DNA of 64,000 nt from Nitrospirota bacterium (GTDB lineage: Bacteria; UBA2233), in contig WOZJ01000050.1 of assembly GCA_011620345.1 (NCBI GenBank), positions 151,976 to 215,975 of the forward strand. The letters run 5' to 3'. The stretch's first letter is position 1. Each line of letters starts with the position of its first letter. Of this stretch, positions 39,972-49,610 are shown piece by piece. Position numbers and translations under genes: made by a program. Below the pieces are notes generated by a model. That model did not search any database. It saw only the letters and a program-made list of their open reading frames with translations, and had not been told where the DNA came from.

Positions 39972-41292
39972 AAGCCTGGCGAAACTATGGAACATTGAGG
40001 ACCTTAGAAAGCGGATCCTTTATACGCTCCTCCTTCTCATCGTTTTTCGGCTTGGGGTCTATATTCCGACCCCGGGGATAGACAGAGAAGCGCTCGCCGC
40101 GTTCTTTGAGCGTTCACGAGGGACCCTTCTGGATGTCTTCGACATGTTCTCGGGCGGAGGGCTTGAGCGCTTCAGCGTGTTTGCTTTGGGTATTATGCCT
40201 TACATCAGCTCATCGATTATTTTTCAGCTCTTGGCTGTTGTTGTTCCCTCACTCGAAAAGCTTCAAAAGGAAGGAGAGTTCGGGCGCAGGAAGATCAACC
40301 AGTATACGCGCTATGCTACGCTTGCACTCGCATTCTTCCAAGGGTTTGGAATCAGCATCGGCTTAGAGCATATGGTGTCACCCGCTGGGGTACCGGTTGT
40401 TCCAGGGGGTGGAATGGGGTTTCGCCTCTTAACGGCTGTTACCGTCGCAACGGGTTCTATGTTCGTCATGTGGATCGGGGAACGGATATCCGAAAGAGGG
40501 GTGGGGAACGGTACCTCGCTGATTATTTTTGCGGGGATTGTTGCCGGCATCCCGTCGGCCATCATCAGAGTGGGGAAGCTCGTTGTGGCGGGCGAGCTAG
40601 GAATCGGCAACTTGTTGCTCGTGGGAATGATCATGCTTGCGTGCATCGTGTTTATCCTCTTTGTGGAGCGCGCTGAAAGAAGAATTCCCATACAATACGG
40701 CAGGAGAATGGTGGGATCGCACGTGCATGGGGCACAACTTTCCCATCTTCCACTGAAAGTCAATACCGCGGGAGTTATTCCACCTATTTTTGCCTCGTCG
40801 CTTCTCATGTTTCCTGCGACGTTCCTGCAGTTTCTTCCCCCGATGCAACTCGAAGGCCGGCCTTGGCTTGAGAATTTGATGTTGTACTTTGCTCCGGGAG
40901 CTTTTGGATACGAGGTCACTTATGTTATGCTTATCGTGTTCTTCACGTACTTCTACACGGCTGTCCAATTTAACCCCGAGGACGTTGCCGATAATTTAAG
41001 AAAGTACGGGAGTTTTATCCCGGGCGTTCGCCCTGGGAAGGAGACGGCCGAGTATATCGACACGATCCTGACTCGATTGACGCTATGGGGCGCCTTGTAT
41101 CTATCGGTGATCTGCGTCCTTCCGAGCGTTTTGGCGAGGGAGTTTCGAGTGCCGTTCCGGTTCGGCGGGACAGGTTTGTTGATTGTCATCGGGGTAGCAC
41201 TCGATACGATTGCGCAACTAGAGTCTCAAATGTTGGTTCGCAGCTACGACACATTTATCACGGGAGTAAGGATTCGTGGTAGGCGAGCGTGA
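39964..41292 (+). CDS. secY: preprotein translocase subunit SecY
   Basis: 442 aa with 10 predicted TM helices and canonical SecY motifs. Confidence 0.96.
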   Translation: MLRSLAKLWNIEDLRKRILYTLLLLIVFRLGVYIPTPGIDREALAAFFERSRGTLLDVFDMFSGGGLERFSVFALGIMPYISSSIIFQLLAVVVPSLEKLQKEGEFGRRKINQYTRYATLALAFFQGFGISIGLEHMVSPAGVPVVPGGGMGFRLLTAVTVATGSMFVMWIGERISERGVGNGTSLIIFAGIVAGIPSAIIRVGKLVVAGELGIGNLLLVGMIMLACIVFILFVERAERRIPIQYGRRMVGSHVHGAQLSHLPLKVNTAGVIPPIFASSLLMFPATFLQFLPPMQLEGRPWLENLMLYFAPGAFGYEVTYVMLIVFFTYFYTAVQFNPEDVADNLRKYGSFIPGVRPGKETAEYIDTILTRLTLWGALYLSVICVLPSVLAREFRVPFRFGGTGLLIVIGVALDTIAQLESQMLVRSYDTFITGVRIRGRRA

Positions 41293-41941
41293 GTATCGCA
41301 TCGTTCTTTTGGGCCTTCCTGGAGCGGGGAAGGGGACGCAGGGCAAGCTTCTTCAGCAGACCCTTGGGATACCAACCATATCTACGGGCGACATGCTTCG
41401 CGAAGCAATGAACGTTGGTTCGGAATTAGGCCGCATGGCGAGGTCGTATATGCAAAAAGGAGAGCTTGTCCCCGACTCCGTTATTGTGCGAATGGTTGAA
41501 GAAACCATAGGGTCGGAGCGGTGTGCCAAGGGGTTTATCCTAGACGGCTTTCCTAGGACGTACGAGCAGGCAAAGGCACTTGATGGAGCGCTCGAGGCTT
41601 GGGGCAAGACGTTGACCAAAGCGCTTTATTTTGAGCTTCCCGAAGAAGAGGCGGTTCGGCGTATTTCCGGAAGGATAGTCTGCAACAGCTGTCAGCGCAT
41701 GTACCATAACTTATTTAACCCTCCACCAACTTCTGGAAGGTGCGAATGTGGTGCAGAGCTGAGCATTCGGGAGGACGACAAAGAAGAGACTGTGCGCAAG
41801 CGGGTAGTCGTATACCGATCCCAAACGTTGCCTGTCGTAGAATATTACGGGCAAAAGGGGATCCTTTGCACTATTGACGCCTGCCCCACAATTGAAAATG
41901 TTCAGGAAAAAGCCTTGAGAGCGTTGTGCGCAAATGCTTAA
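41276..41941 (+). CDS. adk: adenylate kinase (long type with Cys-containing lid)
   Basis: P-loop GLPGAGKGTQ. Lid carries CNSC...CEC. Confidence 0.93.
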   Translation: MVGEREYRIVLLGLPGAGKGTQGKLLQQTLGIPTISTGDMLREAMNVGSELGRMARSYMQKGELVPDSVIVRMVEETIGSERCAKGFILDGFPRTYEQAKALDGALEAWGKTLTKALYFELPEEEAVRRISGRIVCNSCQRMYHNLFNPPPTSGRCECGAELSIREDDKEETVRKRVVVYRSQTLPVVEYYGQKGILCTIDACPTIENVQEKALRALCANA

Positions 41942-42713
41942 GGGCGTATTTTTGAAGTCTCCAGAAGAAGTCCAAAAGATCGCACGAGCCTGTAGGACGG
42001 CCAGTGTAATCTTGACCGAGATCCGCGGCCGCGTCAGGCCAGGCATACGGACTGCGCAGATCGATGCATGGGCACGGGAACTGTGCAGCATGAATCGTGT
42101 TAGCCCTGCATTCCTTGGGTACAGGGGATACCCGTCTGCCATTTGTGTTTCGATCAACGAAGAGGTTGTTCATGGTATCCCAGGGCAACGCATCCTAGAA
42201 GAAGGGGATGTCGTCAGCTTGGATTTTGGGGTGCGCTACGAAGGGTATTACGGGGACACGGCGCTTACGTTTGTTTTGGGCAAGCCGAATGATGTGCGCA
42301 TAACCGGGCTACTCGAAGCGACCGAAGCGGCTCTATGGAAAGGAATCGAGAAAGCCAGGCCTGGAGGCAGAATTGGGGACATTTCTGCCGCTATCCAGAG
42401 GACGATCGAAGCGCAAGGTTTTTCTGTTGTCCGGGAGTTCGTTGGCCATGGCCTTGGAAAGCATCTGCATGAAGAGCCCCAGATTCCAGGATATGGACAA
42501 GAAGGAACTGGCCTTAGAATTCAGCCAGGTATGGTGTTTGCGATTGAACCCATGGCCAATCTTGGCGCCTGCAACGTAGAAATTTTGAAAGATGGCTGGA
42601 CAGCGGTCACAAAAGATAGGTCCGTATCGGCTCATTATGAGCATACCCTTGCCGTAACGGATGGGGGAAATCAAGTTCTAACGCTTATTTCAGCTTCAGG
42701 TATAGGGTCTTAG
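41934..42713 (+). CDS. map: type I methionine aminopeptidase
   Basis: 259 aa with the MetAP metal-ligand pattern (D, D, H, E, E). Confidence 0.93.
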   Translation: MLKGVFLKSPEEVQKIARACRTASVILTEIRGRVRPGIRTAQIDAWARELCSMNRVSPAFLGYRGYPSAICVSINEEVVHGIPGQRILEEGDVVSLDFGVRYEGYYGDTALTFVLGKPNDVRITGLLEATEAALWKGIEKARPGGRIGDISAAIQRTIEAQGFSVVREFVGHGLGKHLHEEPQIPGYGQEGTGLRIQPGMVFAIEPMANLGACNVEILKDGWTAVTKDRSVSAHYEHTLAVTDGGNQVLTLISASGIGS

Positions 42714-42723
42714 GGAGCATAGG

Positions 42724-42948
42724 GTGCCAAAAGAAGAGTCGATAGAGGTTGAAGGCGTCGTTGTAGAAGCCCTTCCAAACGCGATGTTTCGAGTCGAGCT
42801 TAAGAACGGGCATAAAATTTTGGCTACCATTTCAGGGAAGATGCGAATGCATTACATCAAGATCCTGGCCGGCGATACCGTTGTGGTGGAGCTTTCGCCG
42901 TACGATCTAGCAAGGGGTAGGATCACCTACAGGGAGAGGGACAGGTAA
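42724..42948 (+). CDS. infA: translation initiation factor IF-1
   Basis: 74 aa, S1-like OB fold. Confidence 0.95.
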   Translation: MPKEESIEVEGVVVEALPNAMFRVELKNGHKILATISGKMRMHYIKILAGDTVVVELSPYDLARGRITYRERDR

Positions 42949-43061
42949 TGAAGGTTCGAGCCTCCGTCAAGCGGATTTGTGGGAAATGTAAGGTGATTAA
43001 GCGTCATGGCATCATACGGATTGTCTGCGAAAATCCGAAACACAAGCAACGCCAAGGATAA
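42948..43061 (+). CDS. rpmJ: 50S ribosomal protein L36 (zinc-ribbon type)
   Basis: 37-aa ORF read by hand ([37 protein letters not shown]). TAATG overlap with the infA stop. It is below the ORF-track cutoff. Confidence 0.85.
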   Translation: MKVRASVKRICGKCKVIKRHGIIRIVCENPKHKQRQG

Positions 43062-43069
43062 GGTTAGAG

Positions 43070-43444
43070 ATGGCAAGAATTGTTGGGGTTGACCTTCCGG
43101 AACACAAGCGTCTTTTTATCGCTCTCACTGCGATCTACGGAATAGGCCGGAGTAGGGCGATGAAAGCCTTGGAAGACTGTGGAATCGATTCGTTCAGAAA
43201 AGTTGCGGACCTCTCTGATGTCGAGCTCAACCTTCTCAGGAAGCATATTGAAGATACCTACCGGGTTGAAGGCGAGCTCCGCAGAGAGGTTATGATGAAC
43301 ATCAAAAGACTCATGGATCTTGGTTGCTATAGGGGGTTACGTCACAGGAGAGGTTTGCCGGTCCGTGGTCAACGGACCCGAACCAACTCTAGGACTCGTA
43401 AGGGGCCGAGAAGGCAGATCGGCGGTAGAAAGAAAAAAGCCTAG
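43070..43444 (+). CDS. rpsM: 30S ribosomal protein S13
   Basis: 124 aa S13. Confidence 0.95.
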   Translation: MARIVGVDLPEHKRLFIALTAIYGIGRSRAMKALEDCGIDSFRKVADLSDVELNLLRKHIEDTYRVEGELRREVMMNIKRLMDLGCYRGLRHRRGLPVRGQRTRTNSRTRKGPRRQIGGRKKKA

Positions 43445-43452
43445 GAGCGTTC

Positions 43453-43839
43453 ATGGCAAAGGTTCAAAGAAAAGTCAAGAAGGTTAAAAGAGCAGTTCAA
43501 AGTGGGATTGCACATGTCCATGCCTCCTTCAACAACACGATCATCTCTTTGACAGACGTGGAGGGGAACGTCTTGGCATGGACGAGCGCGGGTATAGCGG
43601 GGTTTAAGGGCTCAAGTAAAAGCACTCCTTACGCCGCTCAACAGGCGACCGAGGATGTCTCCAAGAAAGCGCAAGCCTATGGCCTTAAGAACCTCCAAGT
43701 ATACGTCAAAGGTCCGGGACCAGGAAGAGAGGCCACCATTCGGACCCTTCAGGCGTGCGGGTTTAATGTTACCCTTATTAGGGACGTTACTCCTATTCCC
43801 CACAACGGTTGTAAACCGCCTAAAAGACGGCGGGTCTAA
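43453..43839 (+). CDS. rpsK: 30S ribosomal protein S11
   Basis: 128 aa S11. Confidence 0.95.
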   Translation: MAKVQRKVKKVKRAVQSGIAHVHASFNNTIISLTDVEGNVLAWTSAGIAGFKGSSKSTPYAAQQATEDVSKKAQAYGLKNLQVYVKGPGPGREATIRTLQACGFNVTLIRDVTPIPHNGCKPPKRRRV

Positions 43840-43878
43840 GAACCCTCACCATCGGAACTCTTGAGGAGGTAAGGCTCT

Positions 43879-44505
43879 GTGGCAAGATATTCGGATTCTG
43901 TGTGTAGACTGTGTAGGCGGGAAGGGACAAAGCTCTTCTTGAAGGGCACGCGTTGCGTCTCTGACAAATGCGCCATTGACAGGCGCGCTTATCCACCCGG
44001 GCTTCATGGTAAAGCGCGCGGCAAGCTGACAGACTACGGCATGCAGCTTCGAGAGAAACAAAAAATCAAGCGTTTGTACCGCATGATGGAGGACCAGTTT
44101 CGGATTTTCTTCGAACGGGCATCGCGGAAAAGGGGGAACGCGGGCGAGAATTTGCTTACCTTGCTCGAGCGGCGGTTGGATACCGTTACGCACAGGCTTG
44201 GTTTTGCCAGGTCTCAGGCGGAAGCAAGACAGTCGGTTCTACATGGCCATATCCTCGTCAATGGCCGAGCGGTTGATATCCCGTCTTATATAGTTCGGGA
44301 AAGCGACGTCATTGAAGTAAGGTCCAAGGACAAGGAGAAAGAGTTTATTCAGGAGCGTACCGAGGCGTTAGCCCGGCATAGCGCCCCTTCATGGCTCTCT
44401 CTCGACCCTGGACAGCTGAAAGCTCAGGTAATGCGCCTTCCTTCGAGGGAAGACATTCCTTTCGAAGTTAAAGAGCAACTGGTGGTCGAGCTTTACTCGA
44501 AATAA
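43879..44505 (+). CDS. rpsD: 30S ribosomal protein S4 (N-terminal C4 zinc finger type)
   Basis: 208 aa with CRLCRREG...CVSDKC. Confidence 0.95.
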   Translation: MARYSDSVCRLCRREGTKLFLKGTRCVSDKCAIDRRAYPPGLHGKARGKLTDYGMQLREKQKIKRLYRMMEDQFRIFFERASRKRGNAGENLLTLLERRLDTVTHRLGFARSQAEARQSVLHGHILVNGRAVDIPSYIVRESDVIEVRSKDKEKEFIQERTEALARHSAPSWLSLDPGQLKAQVMRLPSREDIPFEVKEQLVVELYSK

Positions 44506-44519
44506 TACAAGGACGGTTT

Positions 44520-45572
44520 ATGAGCATGGATGCGAAGGTTTGGCAAGGGCTGATCAAGCCGAGCAAGTACCGAAAGCACGAGGGGTCGAGCACTTCTTAC
44601 GGCAAGTTCAGCTGGGAACCGCTAGAGACTGGGTTTGGAATAACCCTTGGAAACGCGCTTCGACGTGTTCTCCTTTCATCCATCGAGGGGGCTGCTATTA
44701 CGAGCGTGCGCGTGGACAATGTATATCACGAGTTCTCAACGATTCCCGGCGTTGTCGAGGATTTCCTCAATATTATCCTGAACCTTAAGCAAGTTCGGCT
44801 TCGAGTGTATAGCGAAGAGACCCAAACCATGTACCTAAAGGCCACAGGTCCAAAGGTCGTGCGGGCCGGGGATATTGAAGTTTCGCATAACGTGACCATT
44901 GTGAACCCAGAAAAGGAGATTTGTACGCTTGATTCCGACGCGAGTCTCCACATGGAAGTAACGGCCGCGAAGGGACGAGGCTACGAGCAAGCCAAAACTA
45001 CCAGGGATGTCGAAGGGCCGATCGGGTATATACCGATCGATGCCATTTACTCGCCGGTTACAAAGGTGACCTTTGCAGTAACCCCTGCACGCGTAGAACA
45101 TCGTACCGATTATGATCGCCTTACGCTTGAGGTATGGACCGACGGAACCCTAACGCCCGAAGAGGCCGTTACGATCAGTGCCAAAATCCTGCAGGATCAG
45201 CTTAACGTCTTCGTGTTCCCTGAAATCCAAGGAGATGCCCAGCCCGCTCACCGGGAGGCGATTGAAGCTGCTCCCCTAAAAGAGGTGCTTCTATCCAAAA
45301 TCGAAGAGCTGGAAGTTTCCCACAGGACGATCAATACTCTCAGGAGTACCAACGTTTACTATATCGGCGAGCTGGTCCAAAAGAGCGAGGAGGAGCTCCT
45401 TCAAGCGAAGAACTTGGGAAAAAAGTCTGTAGGTGAGCTCAAAGAGGCCTTGGCGCGGCTTGGGCTGACGCTTGGCATGCAGGTTGATCAAGAGGCATTC
45501 CTCGAACACCTTAAAACCCGCCTCCGGGAGGGGGAATATGAAACACAGGATCGCACATCGCAAGCTGGGTAG
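44520..45572 (+). CDS. rpoA: DNA-directed RNA polymerase subunit alpha
   Basis: 350 aa with N-terminal and C-terminal domains. The C-terminus overlaps the rplQ start by about 35 nt. Confidence 0.93.
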   Translation: MSMDAKVWQGLIKPSKYRKHEGSSTSYGKFSWEPLETGFGITLGNALRRVLLSSIEGAAITSVRVDNVYHEFSTIPGVVEDFLNIILNLKQVRLRVYSEETQTMYLKATGPKVVRAGDIEVSHNVTIVNPEKEICTLDSDASLHMEVTAAKGRGYEQAKTTRDVEGPIGYIPIDAIYSPVTKVTFAVTPARVEHRTDYDRLTLEVWTDGTLTPEEAVTISAKILQDQLNVFVFPEIQGDAQPAHREAIEAAPLKEVLLSKIEELEVSHRTINTLRSTNVYYIGELVQKSEEELLQAKNLGKKSVGELKEALARLGLTLGMQVDQEAFLEHLKTRLREGEYETQDRTSQAG

Positions 45573-45891
45573 GAACACGTCTCACAGGTTGGCTCTTCTG
45601 CGCAACCTTTTGAGATCATTGATCCTTCATGGAAAAATTCAAACGACCCATGAGAAGGCCAAAGAAGCCGGCCGCCTTTTTGATCGCATGGTTGGCCGGG
45701 CGAAAAAGGGCGATCTTGCCAGCGTTCGGCTGATCGCACGCGTCCTCGTCGAAAGGGACATCGTCAGAAGGCTTGTCGCGGAGATTGCCCCGAAAATGCA
45801 AACGCGATCGTCCGGATTTACGCGGATCATAAAAATAGGGTTTCGACGGGGAGATGGCGCAGGTGTCAGCATCCTGGAAATCGTGGAGTAG
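45538..45891 (+). CDS. rplQ: 50S ribosomal protein L17
   Basis: Start placed at ATG 45538 (MKHRIAHRKLGRN...), which aligns with the L17 N-terminus. The ORF track opens at TTG 45472. Confidence 0.9.
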   Translation: MKHRIAHRKLGRNTSHRLALLRNLLRSLILHGKIQTTHEKAKEAGRLFDRMVGRAKKGDLASVRLIARVLVERDIVRRLVAEIAPKMQTRSSGFTRIIKIGFRRGDGAGVSILEIVE

Positions 45892-46630
45892 GGCCTTTGG
45901 TTTCATCGCCCTGTTCGGGGCTATAGCGTTAGGTTGTACCTATTCAGGGTATCTTGGCAACGAAAACAGAGAAGGGGGCGCCGCGCTTACGCTCCCTTCT
46001 CGCGTACTTCGTGTAACCCACAAGTCCGATAGGCTTGCAGGGGTAAAAACGCTTCTGCTCGTCCCCTTCGTTTCCTACCCAAACAAGGAGGGGGAAATCC
46101 TGAAAGATCCGCTTGTAGGTGCGGTCTTTTCCAAAGGGCTTTGTCCTGTACAGTCTGGGTATACTCTTTACCGAATGCTCGAAGATGCGCTTCGGCCTAT
46201 GCCTGAGCCGAAAATTATTTATACCGATGAGCCTGAAGGGGTTCAGGCTACGGTATGGGAGTATGCTAAGAAACGTGGAGAATTTGGAGAAGCCTTGAGC
46301 TCGTACCTTATCGACCGCGTAAAGGAAACAGGTGCGGATGCGGTTTTGAGTGGGGTTGTATATCGCTATAAGGAAAGGGTTGGGGAAGCGCTTGGTGCGG
46401 AAGAGCCCGCTAGTATCGCCTTTAGCGTATTCGTGCTTTCTAGGGACGGGGGGCTTCTTTTTGGTGGGGCTGTGGATAAAACCCAAAAAGAGCTGCTGGG
46501 CAACATTACAGATGTGGGCTATTACGTCAAAGGCGGGTTAAGTTGGTGGCCCGTGGGGCGCCTTGCGCGTTTCGGCATCGATGAAGTTGCAAGCACCCTA
46601 CGAAGCGCGTTTTCTGCGCCTAAAGAATAG
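45854..46630 (+). CDS. hypothetical lipoprotein (signal peptide with lipobox-like ...IALGC)
   Basis: 258-aa ORF with a hydrophobic N-terminus ending LGC, then a soluble domain. I recognise no family. The start is uncertain: ATG 45854 overlaps the rplQ end. Confidence 0.5.
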   Translation: MAQVSASWKSWSRAFGFIALFGAIALGCTYSGYLGNENREGGAALTLPSRVLRVTHKSDRLAGVKTLLLVPFVSYPNKEGEILKDPLVGAVFSKGLCPVQSGYTLYRMLEDALRPMPEPKIIYTDEPEGVQATVWEYAKKRGEFGEALSSYLIDRVKETGADAVLSGVVYRYKERVGEALGAEEPASIAFSVFVLSRDGGLLFGGAVDKTQKELLGNITDVGYYVKGGLSWWPVGRLARFGIDEVASTLRSAFSAPKE

Positions 46631-46637
46631 CGATGCG

Positions 46638-47498
46638 ATGATTAGCCTTCAAGATCTTATTCTTAGGCTACTTTCGTTCTGGGGTTCTCGGGGGTGCGTG
46701 GTTGGACAGCCTTACGGCCTGGAGGTTGGGGCAGGGACGTTTAATCCGCTGACTTTTTTGCGTGTGCTTGGACCGGATCCATGGAACGTGGCATACGTGG
46801 AGCCCTGTCGAAGGCCAGCCGATGGACGCTATGCCGAAAACCCCAATCGTCTTCAACGCTACTACCAACTCCAGGTGATTTTGAAGCCTTCGCCGAAGAA
46901 TTGCCAGGAGCTCTATCTGGATAGCCTTGCCTTTCTTGGTCTTGATCTTGGGCGCCACGATGTCCGCTTTGTAGAAGACGACTGGGAGTCTCCTACGCTT
47001 GGAGCGAGCGGGCTTGGCTGGGAGGTTTGGCTGGACGGGATGGAGATTACTCAGTTTACCTATATGCAGCAAATGGGCGGGATTGAACTTTTTCCCGTAT
47101 CGCTCGAAATTACTTACGGCCTTGAGCGAATTGCAATGTATCTCCAAGGTGTGGAATCTATTTTTGATATCCTTTGGAACGATACTGCAACCTACGGCGA
47201 TATTCACAGGCTTGAAGAGTATCAATTCTGCAAGTACAACTTCGAACAATCTGACCCGGATATGCTCCGGGAAATGTTCAATACATTCGAGAAAGAGAGC
47301 AATAGGCTTCTTGGCCTGAGGCTGATATACCCAGGGTATGATGCCTGCTTAAAATGCTCACACATTTTTAACTTGCTCGATGCTAGAGGGGCCTTAGCTC
47401 ACACTCAAAGGGTTGCCTATATAGGCCGGGTACGCATGCTTGCAAAACGGGCCGCTCAAGCTTATATGGAGCAAATCCAGGGGGAAGATCTTGCCTGA
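46638..47498 (+). CDS. glyQ: glycine--tRNA ligase alpha subunit
   Basis: Start placed at ATG 46638 ([11 protein letters not shown]...), which aligns with the GlyQ N-terminus. Confidence 0.93.
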   Translation: MISLQDLILRLLSFWGSRGCVVGQPYGLEVGAGTFNPLTFLRVLGPDPWNVAYVEPCRRPADGRYAENPNRLQRYYQLQVILKPSPKNCQELYLDSLAFLGLDLGRHDVRFVEDDWESPTLGASGLGWEVWLDGMEITQFTYMQQMGGIELFPVSLEITYGLERIAMYLQGVESIFDILWNDTATYGDIHRLEEYQFCKYNFEQSDPDMLREMFNTFEKESNRLLGLRLIYPGYDACLKCSHIFNLLDARGALAHTQRVAYIGRVRMLAKRAAQAYMEQIQGEDLA

Positions 47499-49590
47499 TT
47501 TGCTTTTTGAGCTTGGTGTAGAAGAAATGCCGGCGAAAGCGATTGAGCCTGCGATCGAAAAGCTTCGGTTGTCGGTGAACGAGGGGTTTGCTCGCTATGG
47601 ACTTAAAGTAGCGAACGGACGATCTTTTGGGACTCCAAGGAGGCTTGGTCTGCTTCTAACTGACGTTCCTGAAGGAACGGCAGACCGCCTTGAGCGTGTT
47701 TTTGGCCCTCCTGCACGTGTCGCGATGGAGAATGCAGATGCTCTTTCGCCAAAAGGCATCGCATTTGTAGAGAGCCAAGGGCCTAACGTGATTCGGTGGT
47801 TCGTTGAATCCACTAAGCGAGGAGAAGCGCTTTGCGTTGAAAGGCGTATTCCTGGGACTCCTTTGTATGACCTTGCCCCAAAGGTATTTCTTGAGGCCCT
47901 AGCTGCGCTCTCGTTTCCTAAAGTGATGCGCTGGGGCTCCTCGCGGGAAACGTTTGTACGTCCTGTACGGTGGATTCTTGCCCTTTTGAACGAGAAAATC
48001 CTCCCTATCGAACGCTATGGTCTAAAAAGCGGAGGCATCAGCTACCCTCATCGCCATAAGGGGTTTGCCCCCGTACGCATTCCGCATCCGCAGGATTACG
48101 TTTCCCTTATGGAAGAAGGGTTTGTCTCGGTTTTTTCGGAGGATCGCAAGACAAATATCCTGAAGCAGATCCAAGAACTTTTGCTCGATTCCGAACATCT
48201 AGGAGAGCTCAAAGAGCGGGCGATTGAAGAGGTCGTCCAGCTTACCGAGTGGCCAAGGGCGTTGATCGGAAGCTTCGATGAACGCTTCATGGCTCTTCCT
48301 GGGTTTGCGATAGAGCATGTGATTTTCAGGCATCAGAAATGTCTGGCCGTGTACCAAAAGAGCTCCAAGAATATCCTCCCTAAGTTTGTCGCCGTCGCTA
48401 ACCTTCCAGAAAGCGACCTATGTCTTGTAAGGCAGGGGTTTGAGCGTGTTGTTCGGGCAAGGCTTGAGGATGCCCTTTTTTACTTTAACCAGGATCTTAA
48501 GCGGCCACTCCTCGAGCGCTTCGAAGCGCTTGGCGGAATTCTCGAGCATGAAAAGCTTGGGACTCTTGCGGACAAAGCTGGACGGCTTGAGGCAATTTGC
48601 TCATCTTTAAGCCTGCCTTTTTTGGAGGGGGTTGCACACGAAAAGCTATCTTTAATAATAAAGTTGATGAAATGCGATCTAGCTACCCAGATGGTCGGGG
48701 AGTTTCCGGAACTCCAAGGACGCATAGGGGAAGAATATGCCCGCCATTTTGGCTACGGAGAGGAAGCGGCTCGTGCGATTCATGAATCAACGCTCCCGTT
48801 GCCAAATCGAGCCGAGCTTCCTGAGTCGCCGATAGGAATATCCTTGAGTATACTGGAGAAGCTCGATACGCTCTCCGGGTTTGCCTTGATCGGGTTGCTC
48901 CCGACAGCCGCGCAAGATCCCTACGCCTTACGAAGAAAGGCGCTCGCGCTCGTGCGGGTCATCTTAGGGCGAGATCTTCCCCTTGATGTAGGGGCCCTTT
49001 TTGATGCCGCATTCGCAGCATACGAGAGCCGTATGGGCATGAAGGTACCACCGGGCGCGCGGGCGTCAGCGCTATCGTTCGTGACGGCCCGCTTGGAATC
49101 GTTCCTCGAATCCAATGGGTACGCAAAGGATGCTCTACAGGCGGTTCTTGCTCGCAGCCGTGGGGTCTTCTTAGGGGACCTAAGGAAGCTGGATGCCCTT
49201 GCAAGCGCACGCCAAAGGGGTGCTTTCGGAGCAATAGGGCTGAACATAAAACGGATTCGGAACATTCTCCCTGAGAACGATCCCTACCTTACGCACGCGG
49301 AACGCCTTTCCAAATCTGTCTATGAACTCGAGGAAGAGAGGGCACTGCTCGAGGCCTTTCAAAAGCTTGAAAGTGCCATTGATAAGGCCGGGTCCTCGCT
49401 TGCCTATGATGGCGCTATGAATGCCTTGGAAGACCTCAAAGATCCGCTCGAGCGTTTTTTTGCCCGCGTTATGGTCAACGTCGAAGACCGCCATGTTCGC
49501 GCAAAGCGCATCGCCCTGCTGGCTTATGGTTACAATCTCGTGGACACGATCCTGGACTTTTCGAGGTTATCCCTAGAGAAGTCTTCCTAA
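47491..49590 (+). CDS. glyS: glycine--tRNA ligase beta subunit
   Basis: GlyS-like over its whole length. The start is probably TTG 47491, overlapping the glyQ stop. The ORF track opens at 47440. Confidence 0.88.
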   Translation: MPDLLFELGVEEMPAKAIEPAIEKLRLSVNEGFARYGLKVANGRSFGTPRRLGLLLTDVPEGTADRLERVFGPPARVAMENADALSPKGIAFVESQGPNVIRWFVESTKRGEALCVERRIPGTPLYDLAPKVFLEALAALSFPKVMRWGSSRETFVRPVRWILALLNEKILPIERYGLKSGGISYPHRHKGFAPVRIPHPQDYVSLMEEGFVSVFSEDRKTNILKQIQELLLDSEHLGELKERAIEEVVQLTEWPRALIGSFDERFMALPGFAIEHVIFRHQKCLAVYQKSSKNILPKFVAVANLPESDLCLVRQGFERVVRARLEDALFYFNQDLKRPLLERFEALGGILEHEKLGTLADKAGRLEAICSSLSLPFLEGVAHEKLSLIIKLMKCDLATQMVGEFPELQGRIGEEYARHFGYGEEAARAIHESTLPLPNRAELPESPIGISLSILEKLDTLSGFALIGLLPTAAQDPYALRRKALALVRVILGRDLPLDVGALFDAAFAAYESRMGMKVPPGARASALSFVTARLESFLESNGYAKDALQAVLARSRGVFLGDLRKLDALASARQRGAFGAIGLNIKRIRNILPENDPYLTHAERLSKSVYELEEERALLEAFQKLESAIDKAGSSLAYDGAMNALEDLKDPLERFFARVMVNVEDRHVRAKRIALLAYGYNLVDTILDFSRLSLEKSS

Positions 49591-49610
49591 TTTGAACTGG
49601 GGAGGTTCGC

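Noticed and set aside
40311-40919. 202-aa minus-strand ORF opposite secY
   Set aside because: Antisense to secY. No independent support.
46563-46637. Upstream extension of glyQ into the lipoprotein gene
   Set aside because: GlyQ homology starts at MISLQD (ATG 46638). The extension overlaps the preceding gene.
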